From: Prorocentrum cordatum
Taxonomy: Eukaryota
Assembly (NCBI GenBank): GCA_963575745.1
Contig: CAUYUJ010000214.1
Span: 124,001 to 188,000, forward strand
Length of the DNA stretch: 64,000 nt
Reading direction: 5' to 3'
Positions 35,691 through 47,230 of the stretch are shown piece after piece. Within the stretch, counting starts at the first letter, position 1, and the number at the start of each line of letters is the position of its first letter. The notes under the pieces are model-generated. The model worked only from the letters and a program-made list of their open reading frames with translations, did no database searches and was not told where the DNA came from. The position numbers were made by a program, and so were the translations under genes.

Positions 35691-37597
35691 ACTACACAAC
35701 CAATTGCGAGGTCATCAGCACGGCGGGCACCGTCGTCGACGGCTGGCTCGGCAGCTTCACGCTGAGCTGCTGAGCTCGGGCCGCGCGGCACACCTCCCTG
35801 AGCATGGTCGCCTCCGAAAGTCACCAAAAAAATGTACATGTGTGTGTATATATATGTATATGAGCTAGCCTCAGCAATTTCAGGCATCCAGCCTCAGCCG
35901 CTCTTACAATTTGGCCTCCTCTCAGACTGACCTCACCCAGATGCGCTCGACACAGGCTACATGAGGCTAGCCAGTCCCGACCAGTCCAGCCTGCCCGACC
36001 CTAGCAGATACTGCCCAGCCGTTAAACTATACCTTAGTTCTTACTGTGTGCTCTGATTTTGTCATGGGAGTAGGGAGTAGGCTTATAGAGCATACCCCCC
36101 CGTGAACTATTTCCCACAGCAGCATTAACACCTATATTGACACACTCAGTTACGCACCGTCTCAGTCGCCGCTTGCTCTGCGAATCTCACTCGGCCACGC
36201 ATCGTGCCTGTCCATTTTGCTCTGCAAGCCTCACACGTTTATTGTGTACGTGCATATCGTATCCTACTCAATCCTCCTTCTCATCAGGTTGTTGGTATGG
36301 TGTATATGCTTGGTATTATCTTCCGACTTGGTACTGCCGCGGACTGAGTTACCCTCGTTTTGTCGGGCCATTGCTACCTGCTTTACTCTGTGTCTGACCT
36401 TCGCCGCACCCCTCTGCGGTATACTTTGTCCGCTCACTTTTATACACTGCGACAAGCGAGTCTTCATGTCTGGTCAACGTCGAGAGACAACGGGAAATGG
36501 GAGCATGAGGCGGCGGGAGGATCATTGAGGGCTTTCTTTTTTCTTCCCTGCCCCGTCGACCGCCGAGCGGGACGGGGTTCCAAGGCCCCGCCAGCACCAG
36601 CAGGAAACAAGTCCTCGAGCTTCGAGGCAAAGGAGAGGGAGAAGAGGAGGGGAAGAAGGAGGAGAAGGAGGTGGAGGAGGAGGAGGAGGAGGAGGAGGAG
36701 GAGGAGGAGGAGGAGGACGGGTCGATGGAGGCGGCGTTGTAGGAGGAGGGAGGAGGAGAGAGGAGGAGGAGGAGGAGGAGGAGGAGGAGGAGGAGGGAGA
36801 AGGAGGAGGAGGAGGAGGAGGAGGAGGAGGAGGCGGAGCAGGAGGACGAGGAGGAGGAGGAGGAGGAGGAGGAGGAGGAGAGGAGGAGGAGGAGGAGAGG
36901 AGGAGGAGGAGGAGGGAGGAGGAGGAGGAGGGAGGAGGAGGAGGAGGAGGAGGAGGAGGAGGAGGAGGAGGATGAGGAGGAGGAGGAGGGAGGAGGAGAG
37001 GAGGAGGAGGAGGAGGAGGAGGAGGAGGAGGAGGAGGGAAGGAGGACAGCCGGGGGAGGAGGAGGAGGAGGACTGGTGGTCGGAGAGGAGAGCGGGGAAT
37101 GGAGGATGGGGGAGGGTGCGAGCCGAAGGTGATGGGGCGGCACGAGGGGCAGGGGTCCCCGACGCCGTGACTTTTTCGTATTCTGCGTAGCCCCTTGGAT
37201 GTCTGAACCCCTGCCCTGGGATCGCTTTCTCGTCCCGAGCCGTCGTTAGGGGGCCCGGGCAGTGATTTTCACAAACGCGAGCGGATCTAGGTGCAGGGGC
37301 ACAAACACCTGTGCCCCAGACCTCTGCCGGGACGGGTGCTGGCCAGCACTCCCTGGGTAGAGCACCGCCGCGGCGACGAAACACGAGGGCCACGAGGGAG
37401 AAAAGCCCACCAGGGCCGAACACGCCAGGAAGATAACTCGATCCTCGATCCTTGACCCTCAGACCTCGATCCTTGAGCGGGCCGCTGCGCGCCGTACTTT
37501 GATTTGCGAACCTCGAGCCCCGAACCCCGAACCCCGAGCCTCAAGCCCCGCCCCTCAAGCCCCGATCCTCAAGCCTCGAGCTTGCAGCCTCGGCTTA

Positions 37598-37772
<175 letters not shown>

Positions 37773-38552
37773 CGGCGGCGGCATGCGTGGAGGCCTGGCC
37801 GCTGAAGCCTGGCGCGCGGGAGGACGCCGACGCCGCCGCGGGCGCGGGCGGGGAGCCCTCCGCGGCCGCTGCGGAGCCGGGCGGCTGCGCAGGCCCGGGC
37901 GGCGGCGGCGGCGGCCCTCGACGGCGGCCTGCGGAGGCCCCATCGGAGGCCTTCGGAGGGTCCCTCCGAGGGCCCTCGGCGTCCAGAGGTTCGGAGCCCC
38001 CCTCGTGCTCCAATCCTCGAGCTTCAGCGGCGGCGGCGGCGGCGGCCGCGGCCGCGGCGGCGGCGGCCGCGGCGGCGGCGGTGACGACGACGGCGACGGC
38101 GACGGCGTTGGCGACGATGCTGGCGGCAACGACGGCGGCGCACGACCTGCACGGCGCGCCCCCCGGGGGAAGCGCGGAGGGGGGGCAGGTCCTTCTCGGG
38201 GAGCTGGGCTGCTCAGGACCCCCCCCTTCCGCGATCTCGGCGGAGGCCCGCGAGCAGGAACCTCTGGGCCCAGCGCGTGGCTCCGCGGGTTCTGGCGCCC
38301 ACCACGCCTCGGCGTGGCACTCTCGTCCAGCGCTGCCGCGCTCGAGCGTCGGCTCCCCCGAGCGTTCCCGGGCCTCCTGCCCCGTGGAGCGGAGGGGCAC
38401 GCTGTCGGCAGGCAGGGCACGGCGTACGGCGTGTCGCAGGGGCCGCCGCCGCGGCGCGCGGCGCAGAGGCGCCCGACCGCAGGGCGCTTCCTCAGGATGC
38501 GGGGGGCCGCCCGAGCCGTCTGGGCAGGCCCGCCCGCTCTGCCTCCCCTCAA

Positions 38553-38745
38553 GTCTGGCATGCCCCTCTACAGGAGGAGCAGTAGAGAACATAACAAATC
38601 GAATGGGGACGATGTTTCTACCAATTTAGAATGTTTCCGAGATCTTGCTTACAGTATGATTCTGCTCATGCTTCTGATTATGGTTTTGATTATTATTGGT
38701 GATGATTATTCGTCCAAAATCCGCCTGCAGGAGGACACGCCCTAA
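38553..38745. mobile_element. MITE-like family C copy
   Basis: GTCTGGCATGCCCCTCTACAGG...CCTGCAGGAGGACACGCCC; internal ATGGGGACGAT shared with the 15475 copy. Confidence 0.55.
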
Positions 38746-39279
38746 GCCTCCCCCCCTCGCCGCGCCGCCGAGTGACTGCACCCGGCGTCACCCAAGCACG
38801 CCTCTGCTATGGAGGCGTCCGCACCCCAGGGAAGGCGCGCGCTCGCTGAGAGCTCTTGTGGTCGCTGTTCGGTGGCGGGTGTTATCTCTGGCCGTATACC
38901 GCCCAGGTGACTCTGTGCTATGCGATGTTCGCCAGCGTGGACCCCAGACTGTGTGTGTGCTCTGGCAACCTGTGTGGAGCAGCCTGTGTGGTGCAGCAAG
39001 TGTGGAGCAAAATATACATACGTATGTATGTATGCATGTATTATATATATATATATACACGTATATGGAGCCATCTATGTGGTGCAATCAATGTGGTGCA
39101 ATATGCGTAGTGCAATATATGCTATGCGACCGGTATTGTGCAATATATGTTGTTCTTTTTCAGTCTCGTAGTCAATGTTCTGCACGTTCGGTTGTGCATT
39201 ACATATTGTGCAGCAGTCTATGTGGTGCCATCTTTGTGGTGCAACATATGTGGTACATCTATGTGGTCAACTACTGCTC

Positions 39280-40463
39280 GCGCAATCATCCCAGTAACCC
39301 ACCCACGATTTGGTTTGCAAAACCCACGCGGCGGCGATTGCGATGCGTGCTTGGAGTTGGCTGGTGCATTTTTGCGGTCGCGCTAGCCCGCGCATGCACG
39401 CGCGCGCAGCGGCCAGCTAGTATGGCGCGACCGACGCGGCCGCGGTGGCGGTGACCGCTGGGCATATCCCAGCGGGCACTTCAGTGCGAGTCGGCGTGTT
39501 GGGCGCGCGCGGTGTCATGACAACATCGACAATCGTATGCGCGATGATGATGGTAACGATGCTGGCGACGATGTTGACAACGACGGCGGCAAAGCCAGTG
39601 ACGGCGCCGATGCTCTGACGGCGCCCTCGAGTCGGGCTGGAGTTCGACATGTGCGCGCGGCCGACGCGCGAGTGGCCCGTGTGGTATTATGTGACACGGA
39701 TCGTTCCCCCCCCCGCAGCACGCGCGCAAGGGCGTTCGAATGATTTCGACCTGCGGCGCATGGGGCCCGTTGGACCGAGTCTTATGAACATATTGAACAT
39801 GTCTGGGTCTGTCGCAGGAGCCCGAGCGCAGGCATTTTTGAACACTGTCGCTGCAAAGCCATGTGTATTTGATATGTTTATTAGGGCACACGGTTTTGAG
39901 TTCCGGACGAGACCTGAGGTTTTTGAAGGATTTCGGCATTCGCGCGCGACGACGCGCGCGTTTGGACGTCGTCCCATGTTTTCCAAAGGGGTTCTTGTGA
40001 CAGCACGTGCGCAAGGGCATTCGGGCGATTCCGGCACGCGCGCGCGAGAGGCCATTTTGGTAACGATGTAGGAACATGTCGAGAAACCTAGTGTCTTCTG
40101 AATGAATTCGCCAGAGCCCGGGCGCGAGCTCGTTTTGAACATTCTTGCCGCGAAACCATGCGTTTTTTACATGTTGCCGGGGCACTCGATTTTATCATCC
40201 CTGCGAAACCTGGTGTCTTTGAGCGATTACAGCATGCGCGCGCGATGACGCGCGCGCGTGCGTTTTTTTTTTTTTTTTTTGCTTTTTTTTTTCTCCCCTC
40301 CCAACGGTATTTCGAACACTTCTGTAGTTTGATAAACGAGCGCGCGCGTATACAGTTTTTTTGCGGGCGGAGAATGGGGAGGGGGGCGATGCCGGCCTGT
40401 CTGGGATAGTATGCACTCATGTGTCAAATGCAATATTAAGATGGGTACCGTTGACAATGGTGT

Positions 40464-40510
<47 letters not shown>

Positions 40511-41694
40511 CAACAACGGAAGCTTATGTTGTGCATTTTTTTTTTCAAACGAGTTGACACATTCCACGCGCTGGCAAACGCCCCACCCACCCACCCGCAA
40601 CTTGGTTTGCAAAACGCATGCGGTGGCTATTGCGACGGGTGCTTAGCGTTGGCCGGGTCCATTTCTGCGGCCGCGCCAACCCAAGCACGCGCGCGCAGCG
40701 GCCAGCTAGTATGGCGCGACCGACGCGGCCGCGGTGGCGGTGACCGCTGGGCACATCCCAGCAGGCACTTCAGTGCGAGTCGGCGACTCGGGCGGGCGCG
40801 GTATCATGGCAAGGTTGATAGCGGTAGACGCGATGGTGATAGCAGCGATGCTGGTGGCGATGGTGACGACGACGGCGCGGCCACTGCGGGCGCCGTTGCT
40901 GATCGCGCCGACGACGATTACGGCGTCGTCGCGTCGGTGATGAAGGTTTTTGAAAGAGTTCGACATGCCCTAGCGGCCGACGCGCGAGAGCGGCCCGCAT
41001 GGTAGTTTTTGGCGCGGATCGTGCCCCCCAACGCGCGCGCAAGGGCGTGCAAATGATGTCGGCACGCGGTGCCAGAGGCCCGCCTGGCATAATTTTCACG
41101 GAAATGTTGAAAGACATTGTTTTATACGAATTCGCAAGAGCGCGATCGCAAGCTTCTTTTGGAAGCTGGTGTTGCGCAGCCAGGGTTTTGTTTTTGTTTT
41201 GGACACTCGGTTTGAAGATTTGTTACGACGCCGAAGGTTCTTGATGGGCTTCAGCATGTGCGCGCGACGACGCGCGCGTGCACTTCGTCGAGTTTGTTGT
41301 AGCGAATTGTCGCAGCGGCACGCGCGCACGGGCGCTCGATCGACTTGCGCGCGCGCGAAGCCAGTTCGGAAGCATTGTCGGACAATGCTGCAAACTCATG
41401 TTTTTTACTTTCGCAAGAGCGCGCACGCAAACTTTGTTTGGCAATCAGCGCCGCGAAGCCTTGTGTGTTTCATGTCTTCTGGGCACTCGATTTTGAATTC
41501 CATGGGGTGCCGCAGGTTTTTCAAGGATTTCGGCATGCGCGCGCGACGGCGCGCGCGAGCGCACTTCGTCTCATCTGCGGCTAGGGATTCTTGAACATTT
41601 ATGTGTTTTGATAAGCGGGTGCGCATCCATATGTGTATATATATATATACATATCTATATATGTAGATATGTAGCTATCTACATGTATTGGTAT

Positions 41695-41745
<51 letters not shown>

Positions 41746-44050
41746 TTTCTGGAGGATTAGGAGGGGGTGGGGGCGGGGGCGGCTCGGCTGGGATGGTACG
41801 CGGTTCAATTTTGAATGGGCGATGGGGCAGTATCGTGCGTGACTTGCACATCCCCAGGGGGTGCCGATAAGTCCGGCTTCGGGGTGGTGGTGGATAATAT
41901 TTTCTTTCTAGTGATTGCCCTGCGCCGCGCTTGACCACCTCCAATGCTATGTGAAAGATCCCGCCCGCCCTCCTGCGACTTGGTTTGCAGCGCCCATGCG
42001 GCGGCGATTGCGATTGGTGCTTGGCCTTGGCTGGTGCATCTCTGCGGCCGCGCTAGCCCGCGCATGTTCGCGCGCGGCGGCTGGCTAGTTTGGGCGACCG
42101 ACGCGGCCGCGGTGGCGCTGGCCGCTGGGCGCACCCCAGCGGGCACTTCAGTGCGAGTCGGCGATTTGGGCGGGCGCGGTATCATGGCAGCGTCGCACGG
42201 CCAGTGACGGCGCAGATGCTGATCGCGCCGGCGGCGATGGCAGCGTCCTCGTGTCCGCGATGAAGGCTTTGGAAAGCGTTCGACGCGCGCGCGCGGCCGA
42301 CGCGCGAGAGTGGCCCGCGCGGTATTATTGGACGCGGGTGCCCCCCGGCGTGCGCGCGAGGGCGCGCGAATGATTTCGGCGCGCGGCGCGAAAGGCCCGC
42401 TGGGCATAATTCAAATAACATGTTGAACCAACTCATGTTTTTATTCAGAATTCGCAAGAGCGCCAGCGTAAGGTTTTTCTTTGAAAACAGATGTTGCGGA
42501 ACCGTGCGCTGTGATATGTTCTTTGGGGCACTCAGTTTTGCAATCGCTGCGAAATAAAGAACTTTGACGGATTGCGGCGCGCGCGCGACGACGCGCGCGC
42601 GCGCTTCACCCATCGTCTTGGCGAGGGATTCTCGCGGCAGCAGGCGCGCGGGGGCGTTTGAGCGATTTCGACGTGCGCGCGCGAAGTTCTTTTAGTAGAT
42701 TGTGGTGACATGTAGAAACCTTATTATTTCCTTGACTATTCGCAAGAGCGCGCGCAGTTTTAGTCGTTTGGTTTATATATATATATATATATATATATTC
42801 TTTGTTAATGTTATGTGCCTTGTGTTTTGATTCGTGTTTTGGACAGTCGATCCTCACATCCTTACGCAACCGAGAGTTTCTTGAAGGACTTCGGTACGCG
42901 CGCGAGAACGCGCGCGTTTTTTTTTTTGTCTGTTTTTGCAGGGGGCTCTTGCAAACTGATGATTCTTGATGAACGGGTGGGCGCGCATAGGTTTTATTGC
43001 GGAGGATGGCGGTGTCGGCTGGGATGGCGCGAGTTCATTTTTAGGATTGACGATGGGGCAGAATCGTTTGTAAATTGCAAAACGAGAAGCGACCATCAAG
43101 TTCGGGTTGGGCGTGGTCGAGTTTATTGTTCTTTTAAGAAGGGAGAATAAAACAGGATCATTAATTTATGTTCGCAGGGAGGTGTCCACCCTACCGCCCG
43201 CGCAATCATCCCACCCACCCCGTCGCAATTGGTTTGCAATGCCCATGCGGCGGCGATTGTGATGAGTGCTTGGAGTTAAGTGGTGAATCTCCGCGGCCGC
43301 GCTAACCCGCGCATGCTGGCCCGCCAAGCGGCCAGATAGTTTGGCGTTGCCGACGCGGCCGCAATGGCGCTGACCGCTGGGCACTGCCCAGCGGGCATTT
43401 CAGAGCGAGCCGGCGATTTGGGAAGGCGCGGTATCATTGCAACGTTGACAACAATATACACGATGATGCTGGTAGCGGTGCTGGTGGCGATTCTGACAAC
43501 GACGACGGCGCGGCCAGTGCGGGCGCCGATGCTCATCGCGCCGACGACGATGACGGCGCCCTCGCGAGGGTGATGAAGGTTTTGGAAACAGTTGGAAATG
43601 CGTTCGCGGCCGACGCGCGATATTGGCCCGCGTGGTACTATGTGACACGGATCGTGCCCCCTCCAGCACGCGCGCAAGGGCATTCGAATGATTTCGACGT
43701 GCGGCGCGCCGGGCCCGCTTGGCAGAGCTTTATCAACACATTATAACACATATGGTTTAATTCGCAGGAGCGCGATCCCAGGCATGTTTGAAAACTTTTC
43801 GGGACACTCGGTTTTGAATTCCAGACGGAGCCTAAGGTTTTTGAGGGATTTCGGCATGCGTGCGCGACGACGCGCGCGTGTGCTTTTCGTCCCGGGGCTT
43901 TTGCGACAGCTCGCGCGCAAGGGCGTTCGAGCGATTTTGGCATGCGTGCGCGAGAGACCCTTTTGGTATCTAGTTCGAAACAGGGTGATAAACCTTTTGT
44001 TTTCCCAAGAATTCGCCAGAACCCCAGCGCAAGTTCGTTTTGAATATTCT
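39280..44050 (+). repeat. Tandem array of 4 diverged ~1.25-1.4 kb units
   Basis: The shared block GCGGCCAGCTAGT..GGCG.GACCGACGCGGCCGC...CCGCTGGG-N5-CCCAGCGG..CTTCAGTGCGAGTCGGCG recurs at about 39409, 40698, 42078 and 43328. Partial copies lie at about 46190-46440 and 50180-50440. Confidence 0.85.
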
Positions 44051-44183
44051 TGATGCGAAACTATATGGTTATCTGTTTGCGGGACGCTCGATTTTGACAT
44101 CCACGCGAAACCGAAGATTCTTGACGGTATATGTATACGTACGTGCATCTGCACAAACAGGTATATGTGTATTATGTGTAACC

Positions 44184-44223
<40 letters not shown>

Positions 44224-45307
44224 CTTGCGTGTACGCAATAGAGTTGCTGGATCCTTTCCCTTTTCAATGCTTAGATTGCGTCGCTGCGAAGTTGTTCCAT
44301 TCAGCACAACACATAACATTTTCAGGCGTCATTTTGTTGCAAACGTGACAGGTAAGGTGTTCGTCCAGTGCCCTCGGAATTCGTTGACTCAAGATGCAAA
44401 AGGGATGCCTCTTTCATTGTCCATTCGATTGCGCTCTCGAGATGTTGATTTGCCAAGTGCCAATCCATTGGTGTGATTACCAGCCGCTGTCCTTGTGATG
44501 GAGTGCCCTCGCATTGTTGACACACCTATCCATTGAATTGATGCGTTCGACAGAGGCTTCTGGACGCTTCTGTATTCCGGCACCGCCCCCCCCCCCCAGA
44601 GCCGTCTAGGGCCAAGGGCCAAGGGCGTTGTCCAAGCATCCTTGGCACTGCGTTCGGCCATACTGCCCGCAGGGGAGCAAGGCCAGGCTCTAGGGGAAGA
44701 TAACCGCGCCGATATCGTTCGCCATCTTCTCGGCGCTTCGCGCATCGCGAGCAGCCCATCCAGCAACGATGCCCAGGCGACTTGCCTTTCATCCAGGGGC
44801 AAGCGCGCGCGGCGGCGCAAAGATCTAGGAACGCCCACAGAAACAGCTTTGGGTGAAACTCTTTGCGTTCGACCGAGTCGGGGGTGGGGGCCGGGTGGCA
44901 GCGGTGAGGCCGTGAGGGGTGGGGGCGGGGACAGCGGCGAGTCCGCGCAGAGGGCGCCGCATAGAGTGCACCGCGTATGTAGCATCGCAGAGGTTGCGCT
45001 ACATGGGACCTGCGCTGCATAGCTTGCACCGCGCGAGTGCGCCGCCTCGATTCACCGCATAGGTTGCGCCGTAGGTTGCACCAGATAGACAGGTTCACCG
45101 CATAGGCTGCGCCGTATAGGCTCACCGGACAGATGCAGAGGTGCAGCGCCTAGGTTTACCGCATAGGGTCATCGCGTAGGCTGCGCCGTAGGTTGCATCG
45201 TGGATAGCTCACTTTACGTAGGTTGCACCAGATAGATTGCACCGCCTTGAGACCACCTGCGCTCAGAGGGCTGGCGGGATTCCACGGGGTCCTGGCCTTG
45301 CTTCCTT

Positions 45308-45685
45308 GTGGAACATCCGAGTGGCGCGCAGGTGACCACGGAAGATGTGATTGAGGTCGGGAACCTTCTTCAGAAGATCGTTGTTGCGCTCCCGCTTGGT
45401 TGGCACCCTATCTTATCCAAGTCGCGTCGAGGGGCCCTTTACTTCTACCGCGATGACGGCGGCAGTATGGTTGAGATGCCCACGACCACGCACCCAACGG
45501 TCGTCGTCAATTTCTTCAACATCAGTGCCGTTGGCAAAGCACCGTGCACCCCTGCGCAGGCCAAGGCCCCGCGCAGTCCATATAGACGAGTGCCGCCACC
45601 GAAGAGCGCCGCCGTGAACTACAAGGGCCCTCCACAGCCAAAGACCCCTACCGAGATACCACGCGGCTTCGCGCATCACCGCTAA
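45308..45685 (+). pseudogene. ORF or exon fragment with a WW-domain-like motif
   Basis: LPLGWHPILSKSRRGALYFYRDDGGSMVEMP (45389-45481) resembles the WW consensus LPxGW..x.S.G..YYY....S.W..P, with the second Trp lost. It is followed by a Pro/Lys-rich tail and has no ATG start. Confidence 0.4.
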
Positions 45686-47078
45686 CCCGTTCAGAAACGA
45701 TGCTCGCGAGAGTTAAGGTGATCATGATCATTTGCTATCATTCGAATGAGGACACGAGGAGGGTGAGGATTTGGGATAGCATGGAGGAGGTCTGAACTGA
45801 GAACTGATAGTATGTCAATGTCAATGGATCCACCACGGCGCATCGGAAACCTACACCAGCCCAGAGCGACAATTCTGCCCCCTGCGCCAACACTCTACAC
45901 GAACGCACATCATGCATTATACGCCTACTTGCGTCTAGATGCCTGCTCTGCTTTGCTCAAGACCTTTGGCCAGAGCCCTTGGGAAACACGGCGGGAGCAT
46001 CTTGGGGCTTTCGTGGAGTCTTCTTGCGGCTCCTGTGGGGGGCCCTGGAGGTCTTCTTGGAAACATCATGGAGGAACCCACCCCCGTGCTCACTCACTCA
46101 CTCGCTCCTCCCCTCGCTTGCTCCCTCGCTCACTCACTTGCTCTCTCACTCATTCACCCTCCACTCAATCCCTTGCTTTTGGCATGTGCATGCGACGACG
46201 CGCGCGTGTGCGCTTCGTCCCACTTTCTACAAAGGGAATGACGTTTTGGGAAATTTTTGAAGTTTGATTGACGAGTGCGCGCGCATATTGTTTTTGGCAG
46301 AGGATGATGGATGGACCGATACCGGCCTGCCTGGGATGGTACGACTTCATGTTTCGGATGGACGATGGGGCAGAATCGTATGTGAGTTGCAAGGCGGAAA
46401 GGAGTATCCTTACTTCTGGGGGGTGGGGTCGATCCTATTCTTCTTCTAGAGCGGAACAGCTATAGTGCGCAGTCTTTGTGGAGCAGCCCATGTCGCGGTC
46501 ACGAGGCGGCGACAGGGCGGCGACGGCGGCAACCTGGCCGCCGCACCAGCAGACAGGCAGCCAGGCCCAGACGACGGGGGGCGACGAGGCGGCGGCGGGG
46601 CCGCGACGGCGGCAGCACGGCCGCCAGACGGGCAGGCAGGCCCAGACGACGCGCGGCCATGAGGCGGCGACGGGGCGGCGACGGCGGCAGCATAGCCGCC
46701 AGACCGGCAGGCAGTCCCAGGTCCTCAGAGGAGTAGCAGGAACCCCTGACTGCAAGCACCGTTTGCGGAGTGTGTTGTGCTAAGCGATCCCCCCGCACAG
46801 CAAGGAGGAGCAATTCTCCAAGGTCGCCCTCGCATCTTCTTCCCCCCCCCGGCCCATCCTTGTCCGCTTTCGCTGCCCGCGCCCCGCCCGCAGAGCGTCG
46901 ACGTGGCCGTGCAAGGCCCTTGCACCCTCCCCGTGCGCCCTTCTGCGGCGTGGTCGACCGTATGTTCCGTCCGGACGTGCGCCTCCCACGGGGGGGCGGC
47001 GCGCAGTGCTCCGTGCGTCCCTCTTTCGCCCCCCGCGCACGATGCACGACGCAAGACGCGCGACGCGCGTGTGGTTCC

Positions 47079-47230
47079 GTCGGGCCTGTCCCTCTACAGG
47101 AGGAATATTCAAAAAAGTGGTCAAGACATGGTCTGGGGGAAGTTCTTCGTGCACATGTTTGGCTATCTTTGAGCTTTTGGTTGACTTCGAGCTTTCGCCC
47201 AGAGTCCGCCTGCATGCGGACATGCCCAGC
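47079..47230. mobile_element. MITE-like family C copy
   Basis: GTCGGGCCTGTCCCTCTACAGG...CCTGCATGCGGACATGCCCAGC. Confidence 0.55.

Larger units (their letters stand above)
27053..35832 (+). pseudogene. SL-bearing retrocopy of a host mRNA encoding a 125-aa secreted 6-Cys protein, interrupted by a LINE (coding parts 27150-27444 and 35691-35773)
   Basis: Removing the insertion and one TSD copy restores MAFRAASVLLLLASGQAAVTHTRFVC...QIVEHSAS-D-YTTNCEVISTAGTVVDGWLGSFTLSC* (TGA 35771-35773). It has an N-terminal signal-peptide-like segment, no introns, a short 3'UTR and an A7 tract at 35826-35832. GTACATGT occurs on both flanks (27042-27049, 35834-35841). Confidence 0.9.
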
